Shown one piece after another: positions 28,142 through 38,644 of a DNA stretch of 64,000 nucleotides. The DNA lies in NCBI GenBank assembly GCA_050302075.1, contig JBNLAH010000005.1:1-64000 (forward strand), in the 5' to 3' direction. The translations under genes were made by a program, and so were the position numbers. Below the pieces are notes generated by a model. It was not told the origin of the DNA and made no database searches. It saw nothing but the letters and a program-made list of their open reading frames with translations. The DNA is from Parachlamydiales bacterium (lineage in GTDB: Bacteria > Chlamydiota > Chlamydiia > Chlamydiales > SM23-39). Positions within the stretch are counted from its first letter, which is position 1, and every line of letters begins with the position of its first letter.

Positions 28142-30804
28142 TTTTTTCCAATTTTAACATCAACTAAAAGTGGAACTTTTAAGGTAAGGGCTGATTCCAT
28201 TATTCTTTTTACCATCTCTTCAAAAATGGGGAGTTCTTCGTTAGGTACCTCAAAAATCAGCTCATCATGAACCTGTAAAATCATGTATCCAGATAATTTT
28301 TGCTTTTGAATCTCTTTGTCAATTTGAATCATTGCAATTTTAATTAAGTCTGCAGCAGTCCCTTGTAAAGGAGTGTTGACAGCTAGCCTTTCTGCTGCTG
28401 CTCTAATTATCGGGTTTTTATTATCAATTTCTTGAATTGGTCTTTTGCGGCCAATTAATGTGGTTGCGTATTTTTTTTCTTTTACAAGTTTTTTGCAATC
28501 AGAAATGTATTGAGAAACTCTTGGATATCTAGCAAAATATGTTTTAATAAAATTTGAGGCATCACGCATAGAAATGCCAGTTTCTTGGGAAAGGCCAAAA
28601 GGTCCTTGTCCATATAAAATTCCAAAATTAACGGCTTTAGCCTGATATCGCATGTCTTTTGTAACTTCAGATATAGGGATGTTGAAAACAGCTGCAGCTG
28701 TATGTGAATGAATGTCCTTTTCTTCCTTAAAGGCTTTTATTAGCTCTGGGTCTTCACTAAAATGAGCCAAGAGTCTTAGCTCTATTTGAGAATAGTCAGC
28801 TGATAAATAGCTCCAGTTTTCTTTTTGAGGTTTAAATCCAAGGCGAATCTTTCTGCCCTCATCCCCTCTAATGGGGATATTTTGAAGGTTAGGGTCTTGG
28901 CATGAAAGCCTGCCGGTCGCAGCTACTGATTGGTTGAACGTGCAGTGGATACGGTTTGTATTTGAGTTTATTTGCTCCGGGAGAGCTTCTACATAAGTCG
29001 ATCGTAATTTTTCTAACTCTCTATATTCCAATATCTTGCTGACAACAGCATTTTCATCGGCTAGCATTTCGAGTACTTTTGCTCCAGTGGAATATTCTGT
29101 TTTTTTACGAGAGGTAGGAGGGGTCAGGCCTAATCTTGTATAAAGCACCTCACTAAGTTGCTTTGGAGAATTTAAATTAAACTCACTTCCAACCTCTTCA
29201 AAAATTTTATCTTTTATGACTTGAATTTGCTCCAGCAGATTTTTTCGCATTTCGCTTAATTTGTTTGCATCTAGATATATTCCTTTTTTTTCCATGCGTG
29301 CCAACACGAATATCAATGGAATTTCAATTTCTCTCAAAATGGAAGTTAAAGAAGCATCTTCCAGCTGCTTTTCAAAGTAACTTTTTAAGCGATAAGTATA
29401 ATCAACATCCTCAGAGCAATATTCTTTAATCGATACAAGATCAACCTCATTCATTGATATCTGCTTTTTTCCTTCTTTGATTAAGCTCTTAATAGGGATC
29501 TTGTGCTTTCCTAAAATCTCTAAAGATAAGTGATCTAATCCATGTTTCCGGTTTTGCGGAGTTAGGAGGTAAGATGCAATCATCGTGTCAAAAGAAATAT
29601 TTTTGATATTTAAATTGTATTTTTGAAGGATGTGATAGTCATACTTTATATTATGTCCAAAGAAAGATGTATTATCGCTTTCAAAAAGAGTCTGGAGTTT
29701 ATCTAAAGTTTTCTCTTTAGGAAGTGGGCCATTTAATGGAACATACCATGCAAGTCCGGGCTCAGTCGAAAATCCTATTCCAACTAAGCTAGCTTGCAGC
29801 GTATTCAATGAAGTTGTCTCAGTGTCTACACATATTTCTTTTGCCTGAGATAGTGATAAAACAAGCTCATTAAGCTCTTGTTCTGTTTGTACAAGAGTGT
29901 ATTTAATTTCTTCCGGCTCCTCTATAGTTTTGATGGGAGCAGTTTCTTCAATAGATCCAAGTTCTTTTAGTAGAGTTGTGAACTTCATATCTCTAAAGAA
30001 GGAAATCAATGATTCAATATCTTTTTCTTTGATTTTATAAAAAGAAGTCTCATTGGGGATGTCAACTGAAGTATCCAAGGTGGCCAGTTTGCGACTCATT
30101 AAAGCAATATCTTTTTGCTCAATAAGGGTCTGTTGTTTCTTCTTGCCTGAAACTTCAGTTGGATGCTCTAAAATATAGTCGAGAGTCTTAAACTGCTGAA
30201 GTAAGTTTGCTGCAGTTTTAGGGCCAAATCCCGAAAGACCTGGTATATTATCTGAAGCGTCTCCCATGATTGCCAGAAAATCTAACATCTGACTGGGCTT
30301 TACTCCATAAATTTCTTCAACTTTTTCAGCGTCTACTACGGTATTGTTCTTGTGAGCTAGTAGCATAAAAGTATGCTCAGAAACTAACTGAAAAAGATCC
30401 TTGTCTGATGAGCAGATATAAACTTCATACCCATAGCCTTTTGCCCAGTTAGCGATGCTGGCTATTGTATCGTCTGCTTCAACACCTTCAACACACACTG
30501 TTGGGATTCCAGCTAAGTTGCAATATTCGTAAGCCCACTCAAACTGGGGAAATAAATCTTCTGGAGCTCCTTTTCGATTCATTTTATATTCGGCATAGAC
30601 GGCTTGTCTCGAACTTTTATTGTCTGGCCCGTCAAATACAGCTATCATATGTTCTGTAGAGAAGTCTTTCTGGATTTTTTGCATAGATCGTATAAACCCA
30701 TACAAAGCACTGGTCGACTCTCCCTTATCATTTGTCATGGGGCCTATAGCATAATAAGAACGAAATAAATAATTGACTGCGTCAACTATATAGAGTTTCT
30801 TCAT
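28126..30804 (-). CDS. polA: DNA polymerase I
   Basis: 5'-3' exonuclease (EADD, GDASDNIPG), 3'-5' exonuclease (DTET, HNIKYD, YCSED) and polymerase motifs (ADYSQIELR, KAVNFGILYG, LQVHDEL). Confidence 0.98.
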   Translation of the reverse strand: MKKLYIVDAVNYLFRSYYAIGPMTNDKGESTSALYGFIRSMQKIQKDFSTEHMIAVFDGPDNKSSRQAVYAEYKMNRKGAPEDLFPQFEWAYEYCNLAGIPTVCVEGVEADDTIASIANWAKGYGYEVYICSSDKDLFQLVSEHTFMLLAHKNNTVVDAEKVEEIYGVKPSQMLDFLAIMGDASDNIPGLSGFGPKTAANLLQQFKTLDYILEHPTEVSGKKKQQTLIEQKDIALMSRKLATLDTSVDIPNETSFYKIKEKDIESLISFFRDMKFTTLLKELGSIEETAPIKTIEEPEEIKYTLVQTEQELNELVLSLSQAKEICVDTETTSLNTLQASLVGIGFSTEPGLAWYVPLNGPLPKEKTLDKLQTLFESDNTSFFGHNIKYDYHILQKYNLNIKNISFDTMIASYLLTPQNRKHGLDHLSLEILGKHKIPIKSLIKEGKKQISMNEVDLVSIKEYCSEDVDYTYRLKSYFEKQLEDASLTSILREIEIPLIFVLARMEKKGIYLDANKLSEMRKNLLEQIQVIKDKIFEEVGSEFNLNSPKQLSEVLYTRLGLTPPTSRKKTEYSTGAKVLEMLADENAVVSKILEYRELEKLRSTYVEALPEQINSNTNRIHCTFNQSVAATGRLSCQDPNLQNIPIRGDEGRKIRLGFKPQKENWSYLSADYSQIELRLLAHFSEDPELIKAFKEEKDIHSHTAAAVFNIPISEVTKDMRYQAKAVNFGILYGQGPFGLSQETGISMRDASNFIKTYFARYPRVSQYISDCKKLVKEKKYATTLIGRKRPIQEIDNKNPIIRAAAERLAVNTPLQGTAADLIKIAMIQIDKEIQKQKLSGYMILQVHDELIFEVPNEELPIFEEMVKRIMESALTLKVPLLVDVKIGKNWAEC

Positions 30805-30806
30805 CT

Positions 30807-31826
30807 TTAGTTTGAAAATGTTGGTTTATAAAGATATGAAAATTGATCTTTATAACTTGTATTTGATGGAATAAAATTTTTTAATAAAGTTGATTCAGAA
30901 CCTAGAAAACTAGAGATGATTGTACTTTTAGGAGTCAGCTCAACTACTTGATATTCTTTTGTAATCCCCGCTGCATCAACTAATGCCTTTAAAGTTTCTC
31001 GGTATGATGCATTATCATAATCTACAAAGCCCAATTCTTTAGCTTTCTTAGCATTGAATACTTTTGCTCCATAGACTTCAACTAGATCTTTTTTTGATAT
31101 ATTTGGTCTGGCATTTGTGACTATGTTTGTAAACCTTTCATAAACATAGCTGATGATATTCTGATATTCTTCCCCTTCATTGTCTGACCACTTTTTAAAT
31201 GGACTTAAGGCTGCTTTGTTCTCTCCAACAGTTAGAGTTTTTGATTTGATTCCCCATTTTTCTATTGTGTCGGTCAAGTTGAAAAAAGGACCCATTATAA
31301 CTCCAACAGATCCAATTATGCCGACTGGGCAAGAATAAATTTTATCTGCTGCACATGCTATGTACATAGCTCCAGATGCACAAAGGCCATCAACATAGGC
31401 AAAAACTGGAACTTGAAATCTATCTTTATATTCGTTGATTAAACGGTAAATAGAATCGCTATCGAAAACAGCTCCACCAGGTGAATTAATATTTAAAAGT
31501 ATTCCTTTAACGCGGTTGTTTTTTAAAGTGTCTAAGCGAGAGTTGACCAGGATAGTTTCAAGGTGTTCATTTGTAAGCTCTTTGGCTCCAATTACTCCAT
31601 GAATTTTAATTTGCAAAATAGCGGGGGAAGATTCAGGCAAGATATCTTTTCTACCTTCAGCATCTGGTAATATGTTAAGCGTTGTTTTTGATAGATGGTC
31701 TTTACCATTTCCCGAAAATAAAATGGAGAGGGGAATAATTGCTATAAACAGTGCAAAAACAATTGCAATTGTTTTGCAAAAAGATCTAAACGCCGAGATA
31801 AAAATAGATTCACGCTGAATTTCCAT
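30807..31826 (-). CDS. sppA: S49 signal peptide peptidase (SppA/SohB family)
   Basis: INSPGG, CASGAMYIA and GSVGV; N-terminal TM helix. Confidence 0.88.
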   Translation of the reverse strand: MEIQRESIFISAFRSFCKTIAIVFALFIAIIPLSILFSGNGKDHLSKTTLNILPDAEGRKDILPESSPAILQIKIHGVIGAKELTNEHLETILVNSRLDTLKNNRVKGILLNINSPGGAVFDSDSIYRLINEYKDRFQVPVFAYVDGLCASGAMYIACAADKIYSCPVGIIGSVGVIMGPFFNLTDTIEKWGIKSKTLTVGENKAALSPFKKWSDNEGEEYQNIISYVYERFTNIVTNARPNISKKDLVEVYGAKVFNAKKAKELGFVDYDNASYRETLKALVDAAGITKEYQVVELTPKSTIISSFLGSESTLLKNFIPSNTSYKDQFSYLYKPTFSN

Positions 31827-31835
31827 AAAAACTTC

Positions 31836-32342
31836 CTAATTGGCTGTTTTATTAAAACTTAAATGAAATAGTTCGGCAAAAGCCAAAGCTCCGAATATTA
31901 TAAATGCAATGTAAATATATACTGGAAAGGTATAGTTCAAACACAAACCAATCAAAACGACAAACTGAAGAGTTGTGGTGATTTTTCCCCATCTTATAGA
32001 TTTAAATTTAAATCCTTTCCATTTTCCAAAAGCAAGGAGATATAACCCAAATAAGCACAGAAAAAAATCTCTAGAAATCATTGTTGATGCTTGCCATATC
32101 TTGATTTTTTGCTCGATTACAAAAACAGTTAGAGCAAAGTAAACAAAAAATTTATCCATAACAGGATCTAAAATAGCACCAAACTTAGAAGTTGAGTGAG
32201 ATCTTCTAGCTAAATAACCGTCTATGCTATCTGTGATCATTGCCATAGCAATTGCAAAAACTCTTAACATAGAGTTGTCAGAAAGAAATAAAAAAGCGAG
32301 AGGCGCTCTGATAAAAGAGATAGCGTTTGATAATGTAAACAT
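31836..32342 (-). CDS. pgsA: CDP-alcohol phosphatidyltransferase (PgsA-like)
   Basis: Signature TDSIDGYLARR...FGAILDPVMDK. Confidence 0.85.
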   Translation of the reverse strand: MFTLSNAISFIRAPLAFLFLSDNSMLRVFAIAMAMITDSIDGYLARRSHSTSKFGAILDPVMDKFFVYFALTVFVIEQKIKIWQASTMISRDFFLCLFGLYLLAFGKWKGFKFKSIRWGKITTTLQFVVLIGLCLNYTFPVYIYIAFIIFGALAFAELFHLSFNKTAN

Positions 32343-32356
32343 TTTAAATATTATTG

Positions 32357-32965
32357 TTATTGGTTCTGTTTTTTAGCCACTTTATACCAAACAAACGCAA
32401 TTAACGTTACAATAAAGATTGAGAAAATTGCAATATTGAAGGTCTTTATAAATTTAAGCAGTATTTGATAATTTTTTCCAAGTTCATATGTTAAAAAGAA
32501 TAGTACTGAATTGGAAAGTATGCAAGCTATTCCATCGCTAATCAAAAACTTACCAAAATGCATTTTGCCAATACCTGCTGTCATAAACAAGCAATTTCTT
32601 ACACCAAATGGAATAAATCTTCCAAAAAGTAGTGTAAAAAAACCATATTTCTCATAAAAAAGTTGAGCTTGAATGAGCCTTTTAGGGTCAATTGTTTTTT
32701 TGAACCATTTAATGTTCCACATTCTTCTGCCTAAGGTTCTTCCTATCCAGTAGGAGACCCAATCAGATAGATAGCTACCCAAAAATACAGCTGCAAACAA
32801 GATCCAAGTATTTTCTGGCAAGACAGTTGCGGCAATTAATCCTGATGTGATTATCATCAAATCTTCACTAATTGGAATATTTATTCCAGCCAACATGAGC
32901 ATAGAAAAAACGATCCAATGAGCATGATGTGCATGTTCATGTATCAGATCAACGAGAAAGGTCAT
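32357..32965 (-). CDS. DedA family membrane protein
   Basis: PISED, DWVSYWIGR, YEKYG and GRFIPFGVR. Confidence 0.9.
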   Translation of the reverse strand: MTFLVDLIHEHAHHAHWIVFSMLMLAGINIPISEDLMIITSGLIAATVLPENTWILFAAVFLGSYLSDWVSYWIGRTLGRRMWNIKWFKKTIDPKRLIQAQLFYEKYGFFTLLFGRFIPFGVRNCLFMTAGIGKMHFGKFLISDGIACILSNSVLFFLTYELGKNYQILLKFIKTFNIAIFSIFIVTLIAFVWYKVAKKQNQ

Positions 32966-33006
32966 ACTTATTTAGTATTTATTTTACAGTTTACAATTTT
33001 TGGTAA

Positions 33007-34581
33007 TTAGCTAACAGCTTCTTTGCTTTGAATTATTTTTTCAGTTGTCTCTAGCGGCTGTTTTTCTAAAGCAGGTTTTTCATCGCATGAGGTCAATTCT
33101 TGGAACTTATTTCCAAGCGACATAACTGAGAATACCCATATTCCTACTATAATTAAAAAGATAACAAAAATATAGGGGGTGCTTAAGGACAATGTGCCAA
33201 ACATCAATAGAAGCGCTTGATAAATTATAGCACCTCCACATTTGCCAAGCCTAGATCCCACCCCATCAATAGCAGCTTTTCCTTTTAATTTTCCCTCTTT
33301 CCCTAAAGGAACGAAAGCAAGTTCTTTGGTTGCGTCAAATAATGTGTATTTACAAGCTCTACATAGGCAGTTTTGCAGGGAGCCGAAAAAGACACAAAGC
33401 ATTAGAGGAGTGCTGCTAAAAAAGGCTGCGATCGGGGTTAGTACAGATCCCTTAAAAACCAAGAAACTAAAAAATACAACTCCAGTGAAAAGTACAATCA
33501 AAGGGGTTATCAAAGCGCTTAAGGTCCACGAAAACCTTCGGATAACATTTCCGGATATAAAAATCGCAACAAAAGTAGCCATTACTCCCATCCAGGTCAT
33601 TACTTGTCCCATATAAATAGAATAGTCACTGGGGTTTGGATAGAGTTCCTTTAGCTGGCTTTTCCAAAGAACTTCAACTAAGTTAATTGTTATGTTGTAA
33701 GTAAGTACGATTAAAGCTATATAAATTAAATATTTTGATTTAGCAAGATAAGCGAAATTCTTTCGCATAGACATTTTAATTTTTGGCTCTGGCTCTTTTT
33801 GGGGTGATAAAGAAGATGATTCTTTGCCAATTACATTCTTGTTGAACCATCTATAAATAGTCATAACAATAATGCCTGTAAGAACAATGGTGCAGTTCAA
33901 ATAAACTACAGATTGGTCCCAAGCTGTCTGACCAAAAGGAAGATTAGGGTTAAAAAGATTGCTAGATAGCTTAATGGCTGACTGTCCAGATATTATTCCT
34001 GAAGCATTAGCCCCAATGGCAAAAAGGCTATAAAATCTTTTAGCTTCTCCTACTTTCGTAACTTCATTTGCAAAGCCCCAAAATAAGACTGTCAAGATAA
34101 CTACTCCCCAAAGTTCACTCATTACATAAAAAGCTGATAGAGTCCAATTTCTGATAACGGCAATAAGACCATGGAATCCTTTGGGTAAAAATAATTCTAA
34201 TTTATCAGCGAATTCATTTGGATGTAAAACTTCTCTATTAGGGTAGAGGACAAAGGCAAAAAGCAGGAAAAAAGACAAAAATGATCCCATTAGAATATAA
34301 AATACTTTTTCCCTGGAGAATCGATTAGAGAGTTTAGTGAATATATAGGTCATTAAGAAGGCCATAGGCAGAATTGCCCAGAGTTTAATGAAAGGGAGCG
34401 CTTCAGCTCCAGATTGGTTTGCAGTTACAATAAAACTGTCTTTGATGGCTCTTAATAAGTTGTAATTAAATGATATGAGAAAAAACATCACTATCATAGG
34501 GATGAATTTTCGGTATTCAAAGCGGTGAATTGGCCACAGAAAGGACCTAATCACACCAAATTGCCCCGAATTAGCATCCAT
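33007..34581 (-). CDS. NTT/Npt (TLC-family) nucleotide transporter
   Basis: FNYNLLRAIKD, FYVMSELWG, FWGFANEVT, KYTLFDATKE and GKAAIDGVGSRLGK; about 12 TM segments. I prefer the ATG at 34581 over the TTG at 34587. Confidence 0.95.
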   Translation of the reverse strand: MDANSGQFGVIRSFLWPIHRFEYRKFIPMIVMFFLISFNYNLLRAIKDSFIVTANQSGAEALPFIKLWAILPMAFLMTYIFTKLSNRFSREKVFYILMGSFLSFFLLFAFVLYPNREVLHPNEFADKLELFLPKGFHGLIAVIRNWTLSAFYVMSELWGVVILTVLFWGFANEVTKVGEAKRFYSLFAIGANASGIISGQSAIKLSSNLFNPNLPFGQTAWDQSVVYLNCTIVLTGIIVMTIYRWFNKNVIGKESSSLSPQKEPEPKIKMSMRKNFAYLAKSKYLIYIALIVLTYNITINLVEVLWKSQLKELYPNPSDYSIYMGQVMTWMGVMATFVAIFISGNVIRRFSWTLSALITPLIVLFTGVVFFSFLVFKGSVLTPIAAFFSSTPLMLCVFFGSLQNCLCRACKYTLFDATKELAFVPLGKEGKLKGKAAIDGVGSRLGKCGGAIIYQALLLMFGTLSLSTPYIFVIFLIIVGIWVFSVMSLGNKFQELTSCDEKPALEKQPLETTEKIIQSKEAVS

Positions 34582-34752
34582 TGGCAAACCTCTGGTAATT
34601 AAATTTTTTATGAACTATAAATGTAATAAAACTATTTTTCACAAGGTTGTTAGCAAAAAATTTGGGAGAATTTTTTGGAGAGAGGAAAAAGATGTAATCA
34701 TCATAATTTAGCATACAAGTAGCCTATTAGGCCTCTTGATTTGACACCTAAA

Positions 34753-34780
34753 ATTATAATGAAAAATGCTTATTTTGCAA
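34753..34780 (-). promoter_or_regulatory. Putative promoter for the nucleotide transporter gene
   Basis: Minus strand TTGCAA-N16-TATAAT in the pgk-ntt gap. Confidence 0.35.
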
Positions 34781-34806
34781 CCTGATCTTCAGGTAAAAAA
34801 AAGCTT

Positions 34807-36006
34807 TTATCGGTCGCAAAGCGCATCAATTCCTGGTAAGTGGCCAAACTCCAAATATTCCAATGAAGCGCCTCCTCCAGTGGAAAGGTGAGTAAACTTT
34901 TCACTTAACCCCATTTGATTGATAGCAGCTACGGAGTCTCCTCCACCTACAACCGTTGTTGCAGTTAAATTTGATAAGATTACGGCAATGTCCCTTGTGG
35001 CTTTTGCAAAATTAGGTAACTCAAAAACTCCTAAAGGGCCATTCCAAAAAATAGTTGATGCTTGATTTAAAACACTTTCCCACTCTTCTACAGTTTTTGG
35101 ACCTATGCTCATACCTTGCCATCCGTCTGGGACCCCTTCTTTTACAGAAATTGTTTTACTTTCGGCGTCGTTAGAAAAATCGTTTGAAATGATAATATCT
35201 GATGGTAAAAAAATTTTTACAGCTTTTTCTTCGCATTTTTTCATGATTTGTTTTGCATTCTCAATCTGATTTTCCTCGATGATACTGCTACCTAGGTTAT
35301 ATCCTTGAGCCTTTAAGAAAGTATAGGCCATCCCACCTCCTATAAAAATAGAATCTACTTTTTCTATTAGATTTTTAATGACTCCAATTTTTGTTGAAAT
35401 TTTAGAGCCACCCAAAATTGCATAAAATGGCCTTTTTGGTTGTTGGGCTAATTTGCTTAAAAAGGCGATTTCTTTATCTAATAAGAAACCTGTAACAGCT
35501 TTTTCAGGGAAGTACTGAGTGATAGTCGTGATGGAGGAATGATTTCTATGGGCAGCTCCAAAGGCATTATTTACATAAATATCTGCATAGGAGGCTAAGT
35601 TTTTAGCAAAAGAAGGGTCTAAGTCAGGGTTTTCTTCTGCTGGATAGAATCGAAGGTTTTCCAAAAGCAGTATATCTTTTGGAGATAACGAGCTTACTAA
35701 GCTTTTAACATCTTCTCCGATGCAATCGGGAGCCATAATAACTGGATGATTTAAAAGCTCTGAAAGTCTTTTTGCAATTGGGGCTAGGCTAAATTTGGAT
35801 GATCTTTTTCCTTTTGGCCTGCCAAGATGGCTCATTAAAATCAATTTAGCTTCTTGGTTAATAACATATTCTATAGAAGGGAGGGACGCTCTTATTCTTG
35901 TGTCGTCAGTAATTTTGCCAAACTCATCTAAAGGCACGTTAAAATCTACTCGCATTAAGACAACTTGGTCTTTAAGCGGTATATCTTGAATAGATAGCTT
36001 TGTCAT
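34807..36006 (-). CDS. pgk: Phosphoglycerate kinase
   Basis: RVDFNVP, SHLGRP, LLENLRF, WNGPLGVFE, GGGDS and STGGGASLE. Confidence 0.98.
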   Translation of the reverse strand: MTKLSIQDIPLKDQVVLMRVDFNVPLDEFGKITDDTRIRASLPSIEYVINQEAKLILMSHLGRPKGKRSSKFSLAPIAKRLSELLNHPVIMAPDCIGEDVKSLVSSLSPKDILLLENLRFYPAEENPDLDPSFAKNLASYADIYVNNAFGAAHRNHSSITTITQYFPEKAVTGFLLDKEIAFLSKLAQQPKRPFYAILGGSKISTKIGVIKNLIEKVDSIFIGGGMAYTFLKAQGYNLGSSIIEENQIENAKQIMKKCEEKAVKIFLPSDIIISNDFSNDAESKTISVKEGVPDGWQGMSIGPKTVEEWESVLNQASTIFWNGPLGVFELPNFAKATRDIAVILSNLTATTVVGGGDSVAAINQMGLSEKFTHLSTGGGASLEYLEFGHLPGIDALCDR

Positions 36007-36085
36007 AAATCCTCGGACTAAAAATATAATTGATCCTAGAAACCTTGCGTGTAAAAGTCAAGTAGAGGGTTGTAGGAAAAAGTTT

Positions 36086-36835
36086 TCACAAGACTTGAAA
36101 GGGGTTTGAGGAACTCTCAAACGTTTTTCTAGTTTTTCGGTGTTTAATTTCATGCCTAATGGAATAAGCAAGGTCTAAATCAAAGTTCCTTTTAGCAAGT
36201 TTTAGTAAATATTCCAGAGGAATTTCATTAAATCTTCTTCCTTTGTGCTTTCCTAGAGGCATTGTTTTTAATAAAATTGGCTTTCGTAGTCTAGTTAGAA
36301 GATCTTCAGTTGTTTTGAAGCTCTTTGATAGATACTTAAAGACTTCAATGTTCACTATAACATCGCTCATGGCTCTATGCGCCCCTTCAGGAGAAATATT
36401 AAAGTGCTCTCTTAGTTTTTCTAAAGAGTTTGTTGGAGATTGTCCATAAAGTCTAGCCAGTCTAAGAGTATCAATAGTTGTATTTTTTTTTATCGATGTA
36501 AATATATTGTTATTTTCAGCTTCGCTTTTCAAAATTGATATATCAAAAGAAATTCCGTGCCCAACAATAATGTGATCTGAAACAAACTCTAAAAACTCTT
36601 CTAAGATTTGGTTAATTGTAGGCTTTCCTTTGACCATTTCATCACTGATATTATGGATAACTTGAGACTCTTTAGGAATAGGGATTTTTGGGTTAACAAG
36701 TGTTTCAAACTTGTCAATAACTGAGTTGAATGAGAATTTTACTGCGGCAAGTTCTATTATTCTGTCATGCTTTGAATCAAGACCGGTAGTCTCACAGTCT
36801 AAGCATATAAAAGTATCTTGATTAATTAATCCCAT
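36086..36835 (-). CDS. DnaQ-like DEDDh 3'-5' exonuclease with a C-terminal MPxGKHKG domain
   Basis: LDCETTG, VGHGISFD, DTLRLAR, HRAMSD and MPLGKHKG. Confidence 0.88.
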   Translation of the reverse strand: MGLINQDTFICLDCETTGLDSKHDRIIELAAVKFSFNSVIDKFETLVNPKIPIPKESQVIHNISDEMVKGKPTINQILEEFLEFVSDHIIVGHGISFDISILKSEAENNNIFTSIKKNTTIDTLRLARLYGQSPTNSLEKLREHFNISPEGAHRAMSDVIVNIEVFKYLSKSFKTTEDLLTRLRKPILLKTMPLGKHKGRRFNEIPLEYLLKLAKRNFDLDLAYSIRHEIKHRKTRKTFESSSNPFQVL

Positions 36836-37415
36836 CTTCCATCTTCTTTTTTAAGATTTGTGTTAAGTTTTTACGCGATTTTTTATCTTTAGTTGAATAA
36901 AGAAGATAAAAAGGGTTACTAATCAAAGGAAAAGAAGCAAGGTTTTTTTCTGCTTGAGCCTTAAGCTTTGTGTCTGCTACTTTGTCGCATTTGGTGAACA
37001 CAATTTGATATGAAACATTGTGGAAATTAAGCCATTCAATTAATTGTTTGTCTTCTTCAGTCGGTAGATGGCGGATATCTAATAAAACAACAACGAGGAC
37101 AAAAGAGATATTTTCTAGTAAGTAGTTTTCTATCATTTCCGAAAAACTCTGCCGAACTTTTTTAGGGATTTTTGCAAATCCGTAGCCAGGAAGATCAACT
37201 AGATAGGCTTTAGTCGTAATTTCAAAAAAATTAATTAGCTGTGTTTTCCCAGGTTTGGAAGATGTTTTAGATAAATGATTATTTTGGCAAAGATCATTTA
37301 TTAGGGAAGATTTGCCTACATTTGACCGTCCCATCATGGCAATCTGGAATTTATTATGTTTTATCTTCCTATCAGTTGCCGAGTATAAAAATTTGGTATT
37401 TGAAAAATTAAGCAT
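36822..37415 (-). CDS. engB: Ribosome biogenesis GTPase YihA/EngB
   Basis: GRSNVGKSS, PGKTQ, DLPGYG and TKCDK. Confidence 0.95.
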   Translation of the reverse strand: MLNFSNTKFLYSATDRKIKHNKFQIAMMGRSNVGKSSLINDLCQNNHLSKTSSKPGKTQLINFFEITTKAYLVDLPGYGFAKIPKKVRQSFSEMIENYLLENISFVLVVVLLDIRHLPTEEDKQLIEWLNFHNVSYQIVFTKCDKVADTKLKAQAEKNLASFPLISNPFYLLYSTKDKKSRKNLTQILKKKMEDGIN

Positions 37416-37851
37416 TTGAAATCTCTATTTCCCGTTGATTCTCACTAATATGGCTTATTCTAATTTTTACTGTTTTTTCTTTAGGAAGGATTGTATCTAT
37501 TTTTTCAGCCCATTCAATAAAGCAGACATCTTCACTGGCTAAATATTCATCAAAGCCTAGCGAAAAAAAATCATTTTCAGATTTAAGTCTGTATAAATCA
37601 AAATGATGAAGATTTAAATCATTTTCCCTATTTTCATAGGTGTGTATGTAGGAGAATGTCGGGCTCTGAATTTGGTGCAGAGGGATATTAAATTCTTGTA
37701 GAACAGTTTTAATAAACGTTGTTTTCCCCGATCCTAGATCTCCATAAAATGCAAAAATCGTAGACGAATCAATCGCTTTAGCTAAACTTGAAGCAATTTT
37801 TTTTGTGTCATCTAAATTGTTGCTTTGAAATCTACCTGTTAAGAAAGCCAT
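37408..37851 (-). CDS. tsaE: tRNA t6A biosynthesis ATPase
   Basis: GDLGSGKTT, SPTF, HFDLYRL and IEWA. Confidence 0.95.
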   Translation of the reverse strand: MAFLTGRFQSNNLDDTKKIASSLAKAIDSSTIFAFYGDLGSGKTTFIKTVLQEFNIPLHQIQSPTFSYIHTYENRENDLNLHHFDLYRLKSENDFFSLGFDEYLASEDVCFIEWAEKIDTILPKEKTVKIRISHISENQREIEISNA

Positions 37852-38561
37852 TTTTTTAAATATGTTTGAAACTCAGTGTGTTCAGAAAGAGCTTCAATAA
37901 AAGCAGAAATTTTTTCTTCTGTTAAATGCTTTTGTAAAAAATCAAGTAGGTTTTGATCGATTGTATATCTGTTTTGGTTTTGAACTTCTAGCAAAGACAT
38001 CAATTTAACATGATGCTTTTTGAAGTCATCGACTACGGCTTTTTTGCTATTGAATAGTTTCCCGGTAACTACAGAAGAAAAAACAACCTTTTTTACAGGA
38101 GCCTTTCTTTCTTTTATGTAATTTTTAATAACCTCGGGGTCTTCGGAGACAAAAAAGCGTTTCACTTTAAGTCCTCCGGCTCTTTCTGTATTTTCAGGGC
38201 ATTTTGAAACCCAATCATAAATGGCATCTTGAGGGTTCGGATGTGTATTATCTCCAAAAACTTTTCCTGTAAAAGGACAGATGTAAATTTTCTTGGTCTC
38301 TTTATTGACGCTCTGTTGTCCAAATTGAATAGTTATTTCTGTTTCTCTGCAAAGCTTGTTTTCACTTTCGAGTTTTGAGATCAAATAGTCGAGGCTCTCA
38401 AATATAGTTTTTTCTCTAGGAAATAAAACAGGTCGAACGTTAAATCTTTTTTCTAAAAAATTCAAATAAACGCTTATAAGGTCTGCTTTAGGATTGTGGC
38501 TTAAAAATGATGTAAGCTCTTTAATAAGTTCTTCAGAGATGGAAATAGTAGCCATAGACAC
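37839..38561 (-). CDS. Conserved chlamydial protein (DUF2709-like)
   Basis: Recognised motif KIYICPFTGKVFGDNTHPNPQDAIYDWVS; adjacent to tsaE as in Chlamydia. Confidence 0.7.
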   Translation of the reverse strand: MSMATISISEELIKELTSFLSHNPKADLISVYLNFLEKRFNVRPVLFPREKTIFESLDYLISKLESENKLCRETEITIQFGQQSVNKETKKIYICPFTGKVFGDNTHPNPQDAIYDWVSKCPENTERAGGLKVKRFFVSEDPEVIKNYIKERKAPVKKVVFSSVVTGKLFNSKKAVVDDFKKHHVKLMSLLEVQNQNRYTIDQNLLDFLQKHLTEEKISAFIEALSEHTEFQTYLKKWLS

Positions 38562-38644
38562 GTTATTTTTTAACCTCGTATAGAAATAAACAATAAATAA
38601 TTACGGTATAAAATTACATTGAAATCCGATTATATTCAAGCGTT

